This document shows positions 12,409-54,999 of a DNA stretch of 64,000 bases, in pieces (position 1 is the stretch's first letter; every line of letters begins with the position of its first letter). This DNA comes from Paraspadella gotoi (Eukaryota; Animalia; Chaetognatha), in NCBI GenBank assembly GCA_051294375.1, contig CM119263.1:21746494-21810493 (forward strand). Reading direction: 5' to 3'. Made by a program: the position numbers and the translations under genes. Under the pieces are notes generated by a model that saw only the letters and a program-made list of their open reading frames with translations, searched no databases and was not told the origin of the DNA.

Positions 12409-15400
12409 CGAGAGAGAGAGAAGACTTACTTGGTGCTGAGATTAGAATCGTCCGGGGACCAGCCGGCCATAATCTCCTCGTCGAAAAGAACGGCTTTGCA
12501 GTCTTGACACGTCGTGCAGGATGTGATGGAAATGTCCAAAGCCACGGGTTCCTCCGCTTCGGACGCCTTTGGAGAGCAGAAAACGAAATTATTATTTAGA
12601 AAGAGATTCCCTTTTAAATTTTCAATTCATAAGAAAGCAAACGATAAGCAAGTTCGAGATTTCACAAGCAGCAACTCTTTAAACCTGATCGATCAAAACG
12701 GACGTGAGTTGCCAAATGCCATTTTCCATGACGCCGGTTTTTCTCAAACCCTCCACATCGACGTGAGGTGGTCCGGAGGGTTTGGAGGTGAGAGTTTCCC
12801 CGAAAAGGTGGTGAGAATCGAGGGAAGTCGCGTCCGAGAGCTCATTGTCATTGGAGACAGTTCTGAGTAGGGTAATAGGGGGATAGATGCGATAAATCTT
12901 AAAAACAGATTTATTTATTGTCGTTTTATCCTCGCTCTACTTTGAAAACTAGGTTTAGAAACATAAGAACAACCACACCAAGGACAATTCCCTGCTAAAA
13001 TCCTTACCTCGTCGTCGACGCTATTGAAGACAAACTCTCGACCTTTTGACCCATGGGCCGTAAAGCTGCGGGGCCCGCAGGAGGCTTTTGAGGAGTTGAC
13101 TGCGGTGTGGTCTGAGGAGTTACGCCCCAAACGCCAGAGCCCGGTCGGGAGGCGCCGGTAATGCGGCTGGATTTAGGCGGTGAGAGGCCCTCTGCGCCTT
13201 CGAACTCGGCAGCAGCGCCGCCGAGCAGATTCTCTTCTTCCTCTTCCTCGTCGTCGACCCGGCGATCCGATTCGACCGTTTTAGCCAACGAGTCTTGCGA
13301 GGAGCCCAATCGGGACGGTGTTGACAGCGAATTTTTTAAGCCTACATTTAGATTAAGTTTACAACAATACTTACTACATAGTTAACCCGCGGCAAAGTCG
13401 ACGAAATGAAATAAACATGACCATAGTCACGAACCTGACAATTTAGAACTAAAGGAAGAGGCCGCTGTGCTAGCGAAGGATAAAAAAGAGCCCACTAACG
13501 GCGATTCAACTGGGTCTGAAAAACGCGATAAAATTTATTTTGAAAATTGGAGAAAAAAGTTTTTTTAAACGCTCCCCAACTCACCGTCGAATCCCCCGAT
13601 TCCCGTCGAGGTTCTAGGCGTGTTGAGGCCGTCCGTGTACACTGCGGACGGCGAGGCGCCGTTAACGGGCGGGCACGGCCTCGGTGTCGGCGTCGACGCC
13701 TTTCCCCGAGAATTTTCCGACATTCCCCGCGACTTTCGCGACGGTCGCACATCCAAGTATCCTTCCATCGATGAAGAAGTCGTCAGAGGAAACGCGCCCC
13801 GGTCCGACGCCGCCAAGAGGTCGCCCTCCGAAGAGTGCGGCGCGAAGTGGCGGCGAGGCGAGGCGGTAGTGGGGGCCGGAGGAAGCCTGACGGGAAAGGT
13901 CACGTTCGACGACGACGACGACGAAGACGCAGGACAAGGGTCGCACGAGCCGCTGGGTTTGAGCGAAAGACTTGGATCTTGTTGAGCAAGAGAAAAAACG
14001 GGTAGAGTTTGAATAGAGGCAGCGGAAGCGGCTCCGACGTCAGAGGCATTTCGACTCGATGTCGAATCATTATTGACTGGCTCGTCGTGAACTATCCATG
14101 GCCCCCAAGATGAGATGCCTGCGCCAGACGACGTTCCAGTCGGGGAAACGTCGCCACTGGTTAACGGATCAGATTCGACGTCCCGAAATTGTTCGTATAA
14201 ATTACTGCGCGCCGATTTGTTGCCATTGAGCGAAGATTTAGTTTGTGAAGGCAGTGGTTGTCGATGCTGTTGCGGTTGGGGCTGCGAATCAGTCAATACT
14301 GAATTGCGATGGATAAGAGGATCGAGGCGCTCAAGTGGAGACATATCTACAGAATCCAAAGGAGAGAATGACGGAAATTCCGGTTTTGAAAGCGGAGGCT
14401 GGACGCCGGGACTTTGATGTAATTGGGAGGAAAGCAAGATCCCAGCCGAACCGCCTGCACGAATAAAAAATCAAAATCTTATGACAATAATTTTTTTTAA
14501 ATCTTTCCCAGTAAATAAAAACTCACTAAAACTCGTTTCAATGTCTGCCTCTTCCGATCCTTTGAATTCTGTGTTGAGCGATTTTCGCACTTTGACGATG
14601 CTGCCCAAACGCGGCCTCGGGGCGCGAGGCTCCACGCGTGGGACGTTTCCGATCGCGGAATTTTCAGTCGGAGTTACTTCCCTAGAAAATCTCTCCGTGA
14701 AACCCACTGGAAGTCGAAAGGGTTAACGTTAACATGAGAACAGAAGGAAGACCTGTTTAATAATCTAACTTACCCACGGTTTGTGACCTCGCTACGGTCG
14801 GTGTTTCTTTTCGACAATTTGTTCCGTCAAATTCGCTTTCAATTTGAGACAAGGATGAAGAGCTTGGTAACCCTGTTCCAAAAACCGTCGCTGAAAAATG
14901 AGTAGTCCAATAAATAATTATTAATTGCCTGAAAAGTCCTCGTTAACCAAAACTGCTAATTGCTAAAACCCAAATCAACCTGTAGCAACTTCCAGGGATG
15001 TTTGTATAATAGGTTTTGCAGCTTCGATATAACTTGAGCCATAGGAAACCGCCCTAGTTAAAAGAGAACAATTGAATTATTCAAAAAGGCTTCATCTTAA
15101 AACTAGTCATAGAAAACTCACCCTTGAATGCCTGAAGAAGCGGATTGAGAGATAGATGCGATGGCTGGAGAAACGGTGTGTGACAATTCGTTGACTTTTG
15201 ACTTCGCTGGAGAAAATAAAAATATTAATGACTGACATATATTTACAAAAGAAGAGGAAAAATTAGGATTTTAAGGCGATTTAAAGATTCAAATGACAGA
15301 TTCATGAATGAATTTAACTTATTAAGTCATGACTTGGTGTTAAATTTACTGAACAGTCAATTTACAAACACGGATTCCGTCGGTTTTAGATATAAAGATA

Positions 15401-18400
15401 TAAACACAGGGGTTTCTACGTTAGTACTAAACTATACGGTAAACACTGACAATTGCATTGAAAAGTTTTGATGCGAAGTGATTCTGAGGTGATCCCTTCC
15501 GAGGGAAAAAAGAAAGCAAGTGATTTGAAAAAGACAGTCTTTTATAAGCTAATTGTGTTTGTATAGACAATTTAAGCTTACCTTTCACCAACTAAATCAT
15601 TATCAGTTTTAACGGCTGGCCATATAGGCGGCTGACATTATCTTTACGCATTTTACCTTTTGTTTTTGCTTTTCTTAAACTGCGACGCATCCACTTTTTC
15701 ACTGCAAAGTTAGTTCAAAATCAAATTCAGGAGAAAAAATCCACGATCAATCATTAACCGGGACAAACGGCCAACTACTAACTCGGTACCATTTAAACTC
15801 GTGCGTCGTAAAATACCCACCGGAATCAACCTTGGCCTCGTCAATATCATCTTCTGTTTTCTCCTGTGAATCTTTTGGTTGATTTTCTATCGGCAATTCG
15901 GAGCGACGCTCCGAAGACGTCAGCACCGGAGGCGCCGGCGCGATGACGCCGATCGGATGCATTCCTCCTGCGAGGGGAAACTGAGGAGCGGAGTCGGCTG
16001 AGTAAAACCCGGTAGCTGAACAAGGGGAAAAAATTTTAAATGTGAAAGAATCTTTTTTCGTTCTTTTCTCTGACACAATTATCATTTCTTTTTTAATATT
16101 TTTATTACACGCCATTTCGGGAGAGGCGAGGTTGCTTGCGATCTCTCGCGCTTCTTCCTTCGTCAAGGAAGCGTATCCTCTGTCCGATCCACCACCCGTC
16201 GACCCTCGTTCGACGTCGGGAAATTTTGCGGGTCGGACAACCTCAGCGATCGGACGGTACTCCTCACGGGAAGGAGATACAGGGATGGTGTAGGAAATTC
16301 CGACAAAACCTATGATAGGGGAGAACAGAAACAAATTTTACAATTTGAGGACAGAGTAAAACAAAAAATAATTAACATCCGAACATACCGTTCTCTGTCA
16401 TGCCTCCGGAATCGGCAGAGTCGCGACTGATCGCGTCCAGCGACAATTCGGACGACGAAGCCGGCTCCTGTGCGCGCTTCGTTCCAGGCTTAGCCTCGAC
16501 GCATCCTCTACGATGAGACCCGCATTTGAACTGCGCGACGGCGGAAACCACGTGACTCAATTTCCGCCAAAGGTGAAATGCAGAATTGCGGACGGAGAAA
16601 TGGCGCTTGCTCTCGAGGATGGCTTTGTTGTAGAGTCCGTATGTGATGGCGTTGGGTTGGATGCCCGCCGCCTTCATAAGCACCATTACTTTAACGGCGA
16701 GTACGGGAAGGCCGTAGACTCCGCAAAGCTGCATCACTATGCGGAAGTTCAGCTGAAACGGAATACGAAATAAAAAAGACTAACTAAGATTATGAGCAAT
16801 AAATTAATTATCAAGACGAACCTCTTCGATCTGCACAAATTCAGCCTCGTTAAGACACGCCAGGACGTCGTAGGCGAGTCGAACGGTTTTTGTGGCCCTG
16901 GCTTCGGTGGACTTGACCAGAGCCGGCACGTGTACGAACCAAAGCGTGAATACGTGACTCAAGAGGCACTTGGACCAGGCTCGAGGAGAAGCGCGGCTCG
17001 ATCTGGCAAACCGTTGCGCCGCGCGGACTTCCGTCTTTGAACGGCGAGTCATCGGAGCGAAGGAGGCGAAGGGGGTTGAAGGCAGATTGGGTGGCGCGGA
17101 GGCAGAGGAGGAACAGGCAAAGTATTCCGGGTTAAGCACGTCCGGAAATATTTGGTAACTGAGAAAAAGTCCATTAAACGGTTTTAAACAAAAAAGCCCC
17201 TAAAGAGTGTAAGCATTACTCAATCAACTTGCCAGTACTGTTTTCCCTGAACGAGTCCCTTATCGTCAGGCGGTGGCACGAAGACAGTGCGAGCGGCTTC
17301 CATGGCGCCAACCTCGTCGATGTCGACCAGGCGAACGTCCTCGTCTACCGCCTGTTCCACTTTGGAGATGCAATCGTCGAAAAAGGCGAGTGAAGCGTCC
17401 TTCTGGGAGACGAAGGATCTCTCCTCCAAGAAACGGCTGAAGGCCTGAGTCGACGTCATCATCGAGTAAAACTTGAGATGAGTTTTGTCCCGACTTTTTA
17501 GAAAACCTAAAGTCGGGAGGGTAAAAATAAAAAAATTCGATGACTTGCATGATCCGCTTTAAAAAAAAATTGCAATAAAAACTCGCCCGTCATGTCAAAG
17601 AGGGAGTGGGGATCCGTCGTTTTAGCGACATGGTTCACCGGGAGGAGGAAGTTTCCGTAACCCCTAAGAATAGAGGCCATGAATCGAAGAAAGGCCTCCT
17701 GGATGGACAGCTGCAGCTGCTGCTCCTGACGTTTTCGTCGAAAGTTGTGATCGATGCTGCCCAACTGGAAAAGATATTAAAAGATAAAAACAAAGAAATC
17801 AATTTAAATATAACTTACTTTGATTGCGTTAATGTCATATATAAACATTAAAGTGTTTTTAAGCTTTTCACTAAAAACTCTCTGACCTGAATTTCTGTAG
17901 CATCCATTGATTCTTCGTCACTATCCGTGGCCACAGCGGCAGTAACGCTTTGGTGCTGCATTTCTTCGTAGATTTGTTGCAGAGTGCTTCTCAGGGCCTT
18001 GGAAGGTCTTTTTGGCAGCATGGTCTTGAACTAATTTGAGAATTATAACAAGATTCTTTGTTTATATCCTATAATGAAATGGATAAATATGAAAAATTAT
18101 CATACGTTTAAATGCTTTTTATCTTCTGGCATGAAAATAGTATTGGTGTCCAAGTCAAAACAAATCACATCCGGGGGAGGCTCGAAGACGTCAAAGTATC
18201 GCGAGTCAACGCCCACAATAAAGGGAAGTGGGGCGAACAAAACATCCGACAAATCTGCCAAATAGACAAATAACGAAATGATGAGTTCCACACAAAGATA
18301 CTAAAACATTAATAATTCCTACCTAAAGGGCAGAGAGGAATGTAGGGGCATTGCCAGTGAAAAGGAAATATCATGTTGGCGGCGGCCTCAGCGACCATGG

Positions 18401-20408
18401 TGACGACGTCGGGTCGAAGCGAGTGGATGACGACCTTCTGTTCACCGAGGACGCAGACGAGAAGGTTGAGGCAGTTGTCCGCGCCCAGGTTTCGAATGAG
18501 TGCCCGATAACAGGCGCCGCTAGGCTGGAGGTGAGTCTCTTCCGGAGGCTCCAGGCATATGACGTCGCGGCCCAAGGGATACAATATTCTATGAGGGAAA
18601 TTATTGATATTGAAGAAACGAAAAAAAGAAATACATTTTGGAGAAGATAAGACCTGGGCCGCTGGGGCGAAGGAAAAGGCAATTCGTCAATGAGATGCGT
18701 GATGTGCCGCTCCAAGGGCAGGGCGTGCGGACCCGTAATGGCATAGCGGTAGACAAACGAGAGGAATTTACGGAAGGCGTCGTAGAAGGGAAACTTGGAA
18801 AGAACGCAGATGCACTTGGAAGTCTGGATCGTGACCTTGGGCGGAAACCGGGACGGATCAGGCCGAAACTTAGATAGTCCCAGCTGCCGTCGCTGATCCA
18901 GGGAGAGTTCGTCCTCCTGGTAAGGCTCGTAAAAGCTTATCGCGGCGCCATAGACTTTAATGCCGTCGGCCCCAGTGAGGACGAACCTAGAAAATTTTGA
19001 AAGCGAAATGAGGAAAAAATTGACAATTGATAAAACACAAAAAGTGATTATATTACCAAATTTATTCTTCTAGATTCATTTAGCATAAGACACGATGAAA
19101 GTTAACGTGGCGAAACTTACCCTTGCAAATTTTTCCTATATTTTTTAATCTGTGAGCCAAACTTGAAGCTTTACATTAACAATACCGCACGCGTTTGGTT
19201 CTACCAGACATCCTTTACTTTTAGTATAACCCTCCCTAAGCTACAAAACAGGCAACTAAGTTAAAAAGCAATGAGAAGCAGACTCATGAGATTAATCACC
19301 ATTTACTTTTACGAGGTTAACATCAAATTTCACGTCGCTTTACAAAAATAATTTTCAATGGCTTACAATATCAACGAAATATAAGTTACAATATCATTAA
19401 TACCTGGAGAAAACCGGCGGAGAGGGCTCTGCCTCGACGGGCCAACATTCGATGACGGATCCGAGCGGAAGACAGAAAAGCGGAACTTGCGCCGGGAGGG
19501 GAAACCCCGGGTGGTCGGTCATCGGGTAGCGCGAGAGGATTTTTCCCTCGTAATACAACGCCTTCGGTCGCAGCATCGACTTTTTGTAGCAAACGAAGAC
19601 GTTGCTGCCCACGAGCCCGCGGTTTAGGGTCTAAAAGCCGGGAGGATAAAATAATTAAAGCAACATATAGCAATGCAACAACGAGCGCAAGACACGAACC
19701 TTTGGAATCTGGCAGAACGTGTGAGGCGGGGTTTCTCCCTTGGATCCGTTCATGACGCAAATGTCGGTGACGGCGAGAGAGTTTGCCGGCGCCACGGACT
19801 CCGCCCGGCGAAAGAGGAGGAAGATGCGGTTGGCGTTGGATTGGTTATTTACGTTGGCCGGGCGGCCGTATGGAGTTTGAACTATGATCTCGCATCCGGG
19901 CATTAGACGTTCTTTACCTTCGTAGAGCACGCTGGAGAGGGGATAATAGTTACAATGTTTACAAGAAAGCACTGATTAAGACAAGAATAACCAAAATTAG
20001 TTTGTTTTTTTTTTTCGAACTATAACGCATGTTATGTTATGTAAATTGAAAATGCTTGTGGTCAGTCCCTGCCGAAAAACTTTACCCGATATCCGTCAAC
20101 GGAGGCCTGTCCATTCCGCGTCTGAAGCAGATGTACATCTCGGCGCAGCGAATGGCGCCAGCGTTGAGATTGGCCGATGACCCAGCTGGCGTCTTCTCGA
20201 TGCAGACGTAACCAGGCGGCGCCGCTTCGCCCGCGGACCGATTGATGATGACAACGTCGGTGATCGGCGCCAGGGTGGCCACGTTCTTCGCATTGTCCAT
20301 ATATCCGTCGAGGGCACCAGAGTTTTTCCTGGGTAGGAACTGGTCGGCTGTCTTGTCCTTCCCCAGCCCCGCGACCACGAAGTAGTCGATCACTTTGTTG
20401 GACTCCAT
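3190..20408 (-). CDS. DENND4: DENN domain-containing protein 4 / Crag-like Rab GEF (MABP, uDENN/DENN/dDENN, PPR-like, conserved C-terminal region); multi-exon
   Basis: Exons traced: 20086-20408 ([15 protein letters not shown]...PPLTDIG), 19700-19931, 19404-19630, 18654-18986, 18323-18588 ([14 protein letters not shown]), 18106-18254 ([15 protein letters not shown]), 17887-18030, 17587-17764, 17233-17506, 16822-17158, 16389-16752 (MQLCG...[12 protein letters not shown]). Low-complexity exons lie at about 16309-13007 and are less certain. Then about 12430-12567 ([16 protein letters not shown]), 11543-11828 (CPFCG), 7037-7175, 6672-6906 ([17 protein letters not shown]), 6456-6573 and 3190-3814 ([10 protein letters not shown]...WCRKCF, stop at 3190). 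Confidence 0.93.
8131..9175 (+). CDS. Secreted S1A serine protease, chymotrypsin-type; exons 8131-8314, 8411-8536, 8600-8779, 8856-9175; nested antisense in a DENND4 intron
   Basis: Signal peptide [14 protein letters not shown]; activation site R-IVNG; triad motifs CAAHC, KNDVAL and GDSGGP. NSACMGD places Ser at the S1 position 189, with VSWGS following. All three introns are GT-AG and phase-compatible. Confidence 0.93.
9638..9892. mobile_element. 255-bp GC-rich element with TGTGGC...GCCATA termini and 4-bp TSD ACAT (solo-LTR/TRIM-like), copy 1
   Basis: Near-identical inverted copy at 59423-59676. Flanks read ACAT at 9634-9637 and 9893-9896. Confidence 0.85.
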
Positions 20409-21462
20409 CCCTCTAATCGAGGGAGGCCCTTCTTTGAAGGGTTCAAAGAAGACCGTTCGAGACGAGAAGTCGCTATTCATCCATTTTGAAGAATTTTGGG
20501 GATGTCTTTATCGTAGTTATAATTTCGTCGCAATTCGACATTTACTTGTTTATATAAGTTTATGTGACTCTAATAACTAAATCGGGGGAAAAAATGGAGA
20601 TTTAAATCGTACGTTGCTTGTTGCCTCCACAACGTACGTATTAATCTTGAAAAAATAAAATCAGTCAGCATGACGCATATATTAACAAAGAGACCACCCC
20701 CGAGGCGGGTTAAACTTACCAGAAACTTACCAGAAAATCTACCAGAAAATTATTAGTCATGAGATAAGGAAGGTGGAGCTGTTCCTTTGTCTTTGACTCA
20801 AGACAAGAGCAGCGACCCAGCGCTGGGCGGAGGAGGAGGAGATGACACCGACCGAGTACCCTTTGTTTTTCGAGGAAGAAATAGGAAGTTTAATTCTCGA
20901 CCGGAAGGTGGTAAAAAGAATAAGGTCCTGAAAGACTATATTATAAATTATGCAAATTTAGTTAGCTATAAATATCAGAGTTAATTTTTTTTCTTCAAAT
21001 AACTCGTGCCATCACAAACTTGTTTGACTATTTACATAAAAGTAAAAACCAGAGTTAATTTCATTTTCTTCTTTTTCTCGAACCGAGAAAATCCATAAGT
21101 TAAAAGACAATTTGGTGATTAGAATTGTAAATTTACAACTTGCATGTTCATCTCGCTAGGAAAAAGGCGGTAATCCCCAGACTATCGAGTCTCGATGTCT
21201 GGAAACCTCCGACTGCATGCAATGTTTCATGAGCCGCTCGCCGTTCTTCAAGACGATTCTAAGAATTCTGATGGGCGGAATGAAATGCCAGAGACGAGCA
21301 ATACGGTTTTGTGTTATGAATCCGGTTTCCATGGATAAACTATTGATGAACCAATGAACAAAAAATATCGCGACATTCCAGAAGTTCCTCCTTATATTAC
21401 CTTTTCTTATTATGTCGTTTCAACAATTAGTTTTGGCGAGTTATCAACGAACTCGTCGAAAA
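20409..21462. promoter_or_regulatory. Candidate bidirectional promoter and 5'UTRs between divergent DENND4 and ADGRV1
   Basis: The start codons are about 1.05 kb apart and head-to-head. A minus-strand acceptor at 20577 and donors at 20714-20733 suggest a non-coding DENND4 first exon. Confidence 0.5.
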
Positions 21463-53277
<31,815 letters not shown>

Positions 53278-54286
53278 GTAAGGATCTAGGATGGGATCCG
53301 AGGGATTTGAGAGGTTAGAAAAGGCGGGGAAGAAATGGGATTAGAGGTTGTAAAGGGGGAAGAAGGAAAAAAAAGAAGATTTAAAAACATGAGAAGATTT
53401 AAAAGCGAGACGTTGGAAAGCGGATTCCATCGTGGTTAGGAAACGAAGGTCGGTAAGTTGATGGTGAGGTAGAGGGTAGGAAAGTTAATTGCTCAGCGAC
53501 CTATGATTAATGAAAAGGAGGCGCTGAATGCGAGATAAGGAAATAAGCAGGGAGAGAAAGGAAGAGCGCGATTAAGAATTTAGACGGTAGACGGTAGACA
53601 AGGCGAAAATGACAAAAGACAAAAGACAGTAGCTTCGTATCCTCGTCATCCCTGCCTGTTTTTTCTTTTGCAAGATTCAAGGCGCCGGTAAACGTTTAAA
53701 CATGCAGATTTTATTTGGACGATAGGACGTTACAATGGAGAGAAAAATTTCCTTTTTTTTTTCGTATTCACGTTTAGCGTTTTTAAACAAAACTATTCGT
53801 TCTGACATCAAAATCTTACGACAACGAGATTTGTGCACAAAATAAAAGAAAAGTGAAACGCGTCACTGTCAAAGAAAGATTCATATTCATTATACTCTTC
53901 TGACAGCCCTTAACAATATCGATGTGACCTAATTCCGTAGACTGATATTTTAATGGAAAAAAAAGGTGAAACAATGTGACGCGACGTTGTGCGAAACGAG
54001 TCCATATTTGGAATCCCATCTATCATGACTTCTCAGATTTTGTGTCTCAACGCCCGAGGGAAAAAGAGACTCTCTTCTTATCCTTCACTTTTCTTCTTTC
54101 ACTCCATCCCTCTTCGCTTTATCTCTTCTTCTCATTTTCTTATTTTTACGTTTAGATTTCTTCACATCTCTAATTAACTTTCCTTTTTCTCCGTTATCTC
54201 CTGTATAATATCTTTCTTTTCTCACTGCAACTATTATTATCAATTTGAACCCCCCCCGTCCCCCCCACCCTCCTTCGACGCTCGCT

Positions 54287-54409
54287 CTAGCGTTTCAGCG
54301 TGTATTCGCAGATGAAATTCTTGGCCTGGTTGCAATCGGAGGAGAACCAATGGTAATTGTCTTTGCTGTTCAGCGCCATGCAAGTGTCATCCGTCGTCGC
54401 CTGGCGATT

Positions 54410-54476
<67 letters not shown>

Positions 54477-54924
54477 GATGGCGATGAAACTTAATTTGAT
54501 TAATTATGAAATTGTTATTAAATTAAGTAGTTATACTAGTTAGCTGAGGACTGATTTCATTATAAATGACATTACTGTTCTACCTAATATTCGAGTAATT
54601 TTGATCTATTGATATATAAAAAAAAACATACTGGATACAACAGTCCAGCAATTTTAACGACTTAACAATACATACAGCCATCAATAAGAATAAAAGATCA
54701 TAAATATAAGTAAAAACTGTTCGATTTTATTCACATTCACCGCCTTCGCTTCACACGAACGTCCACCTATCTCACTCATCCAAAAAAACAAGGTCGCACC
54801 TGCCACTGTCCGTCGGCCCATCTGTCGAAAGTGAAGGGCTTCAGGTGCAGCGTCGATGCCCACATCCATTTGCCAGTCTGCGCGTTGCCACCTGTCCACC
54901 AGCTCGCCACTTTTCGGTGATCTG

Positions 54925-54999
<75 letters not shown>

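Noticed and set aside
13161-14726. Plus-strand ORFs overlapping DENND4 exons
   Set aside because: Antisense shadows of GC-rich coding exons with no recognisable domains.
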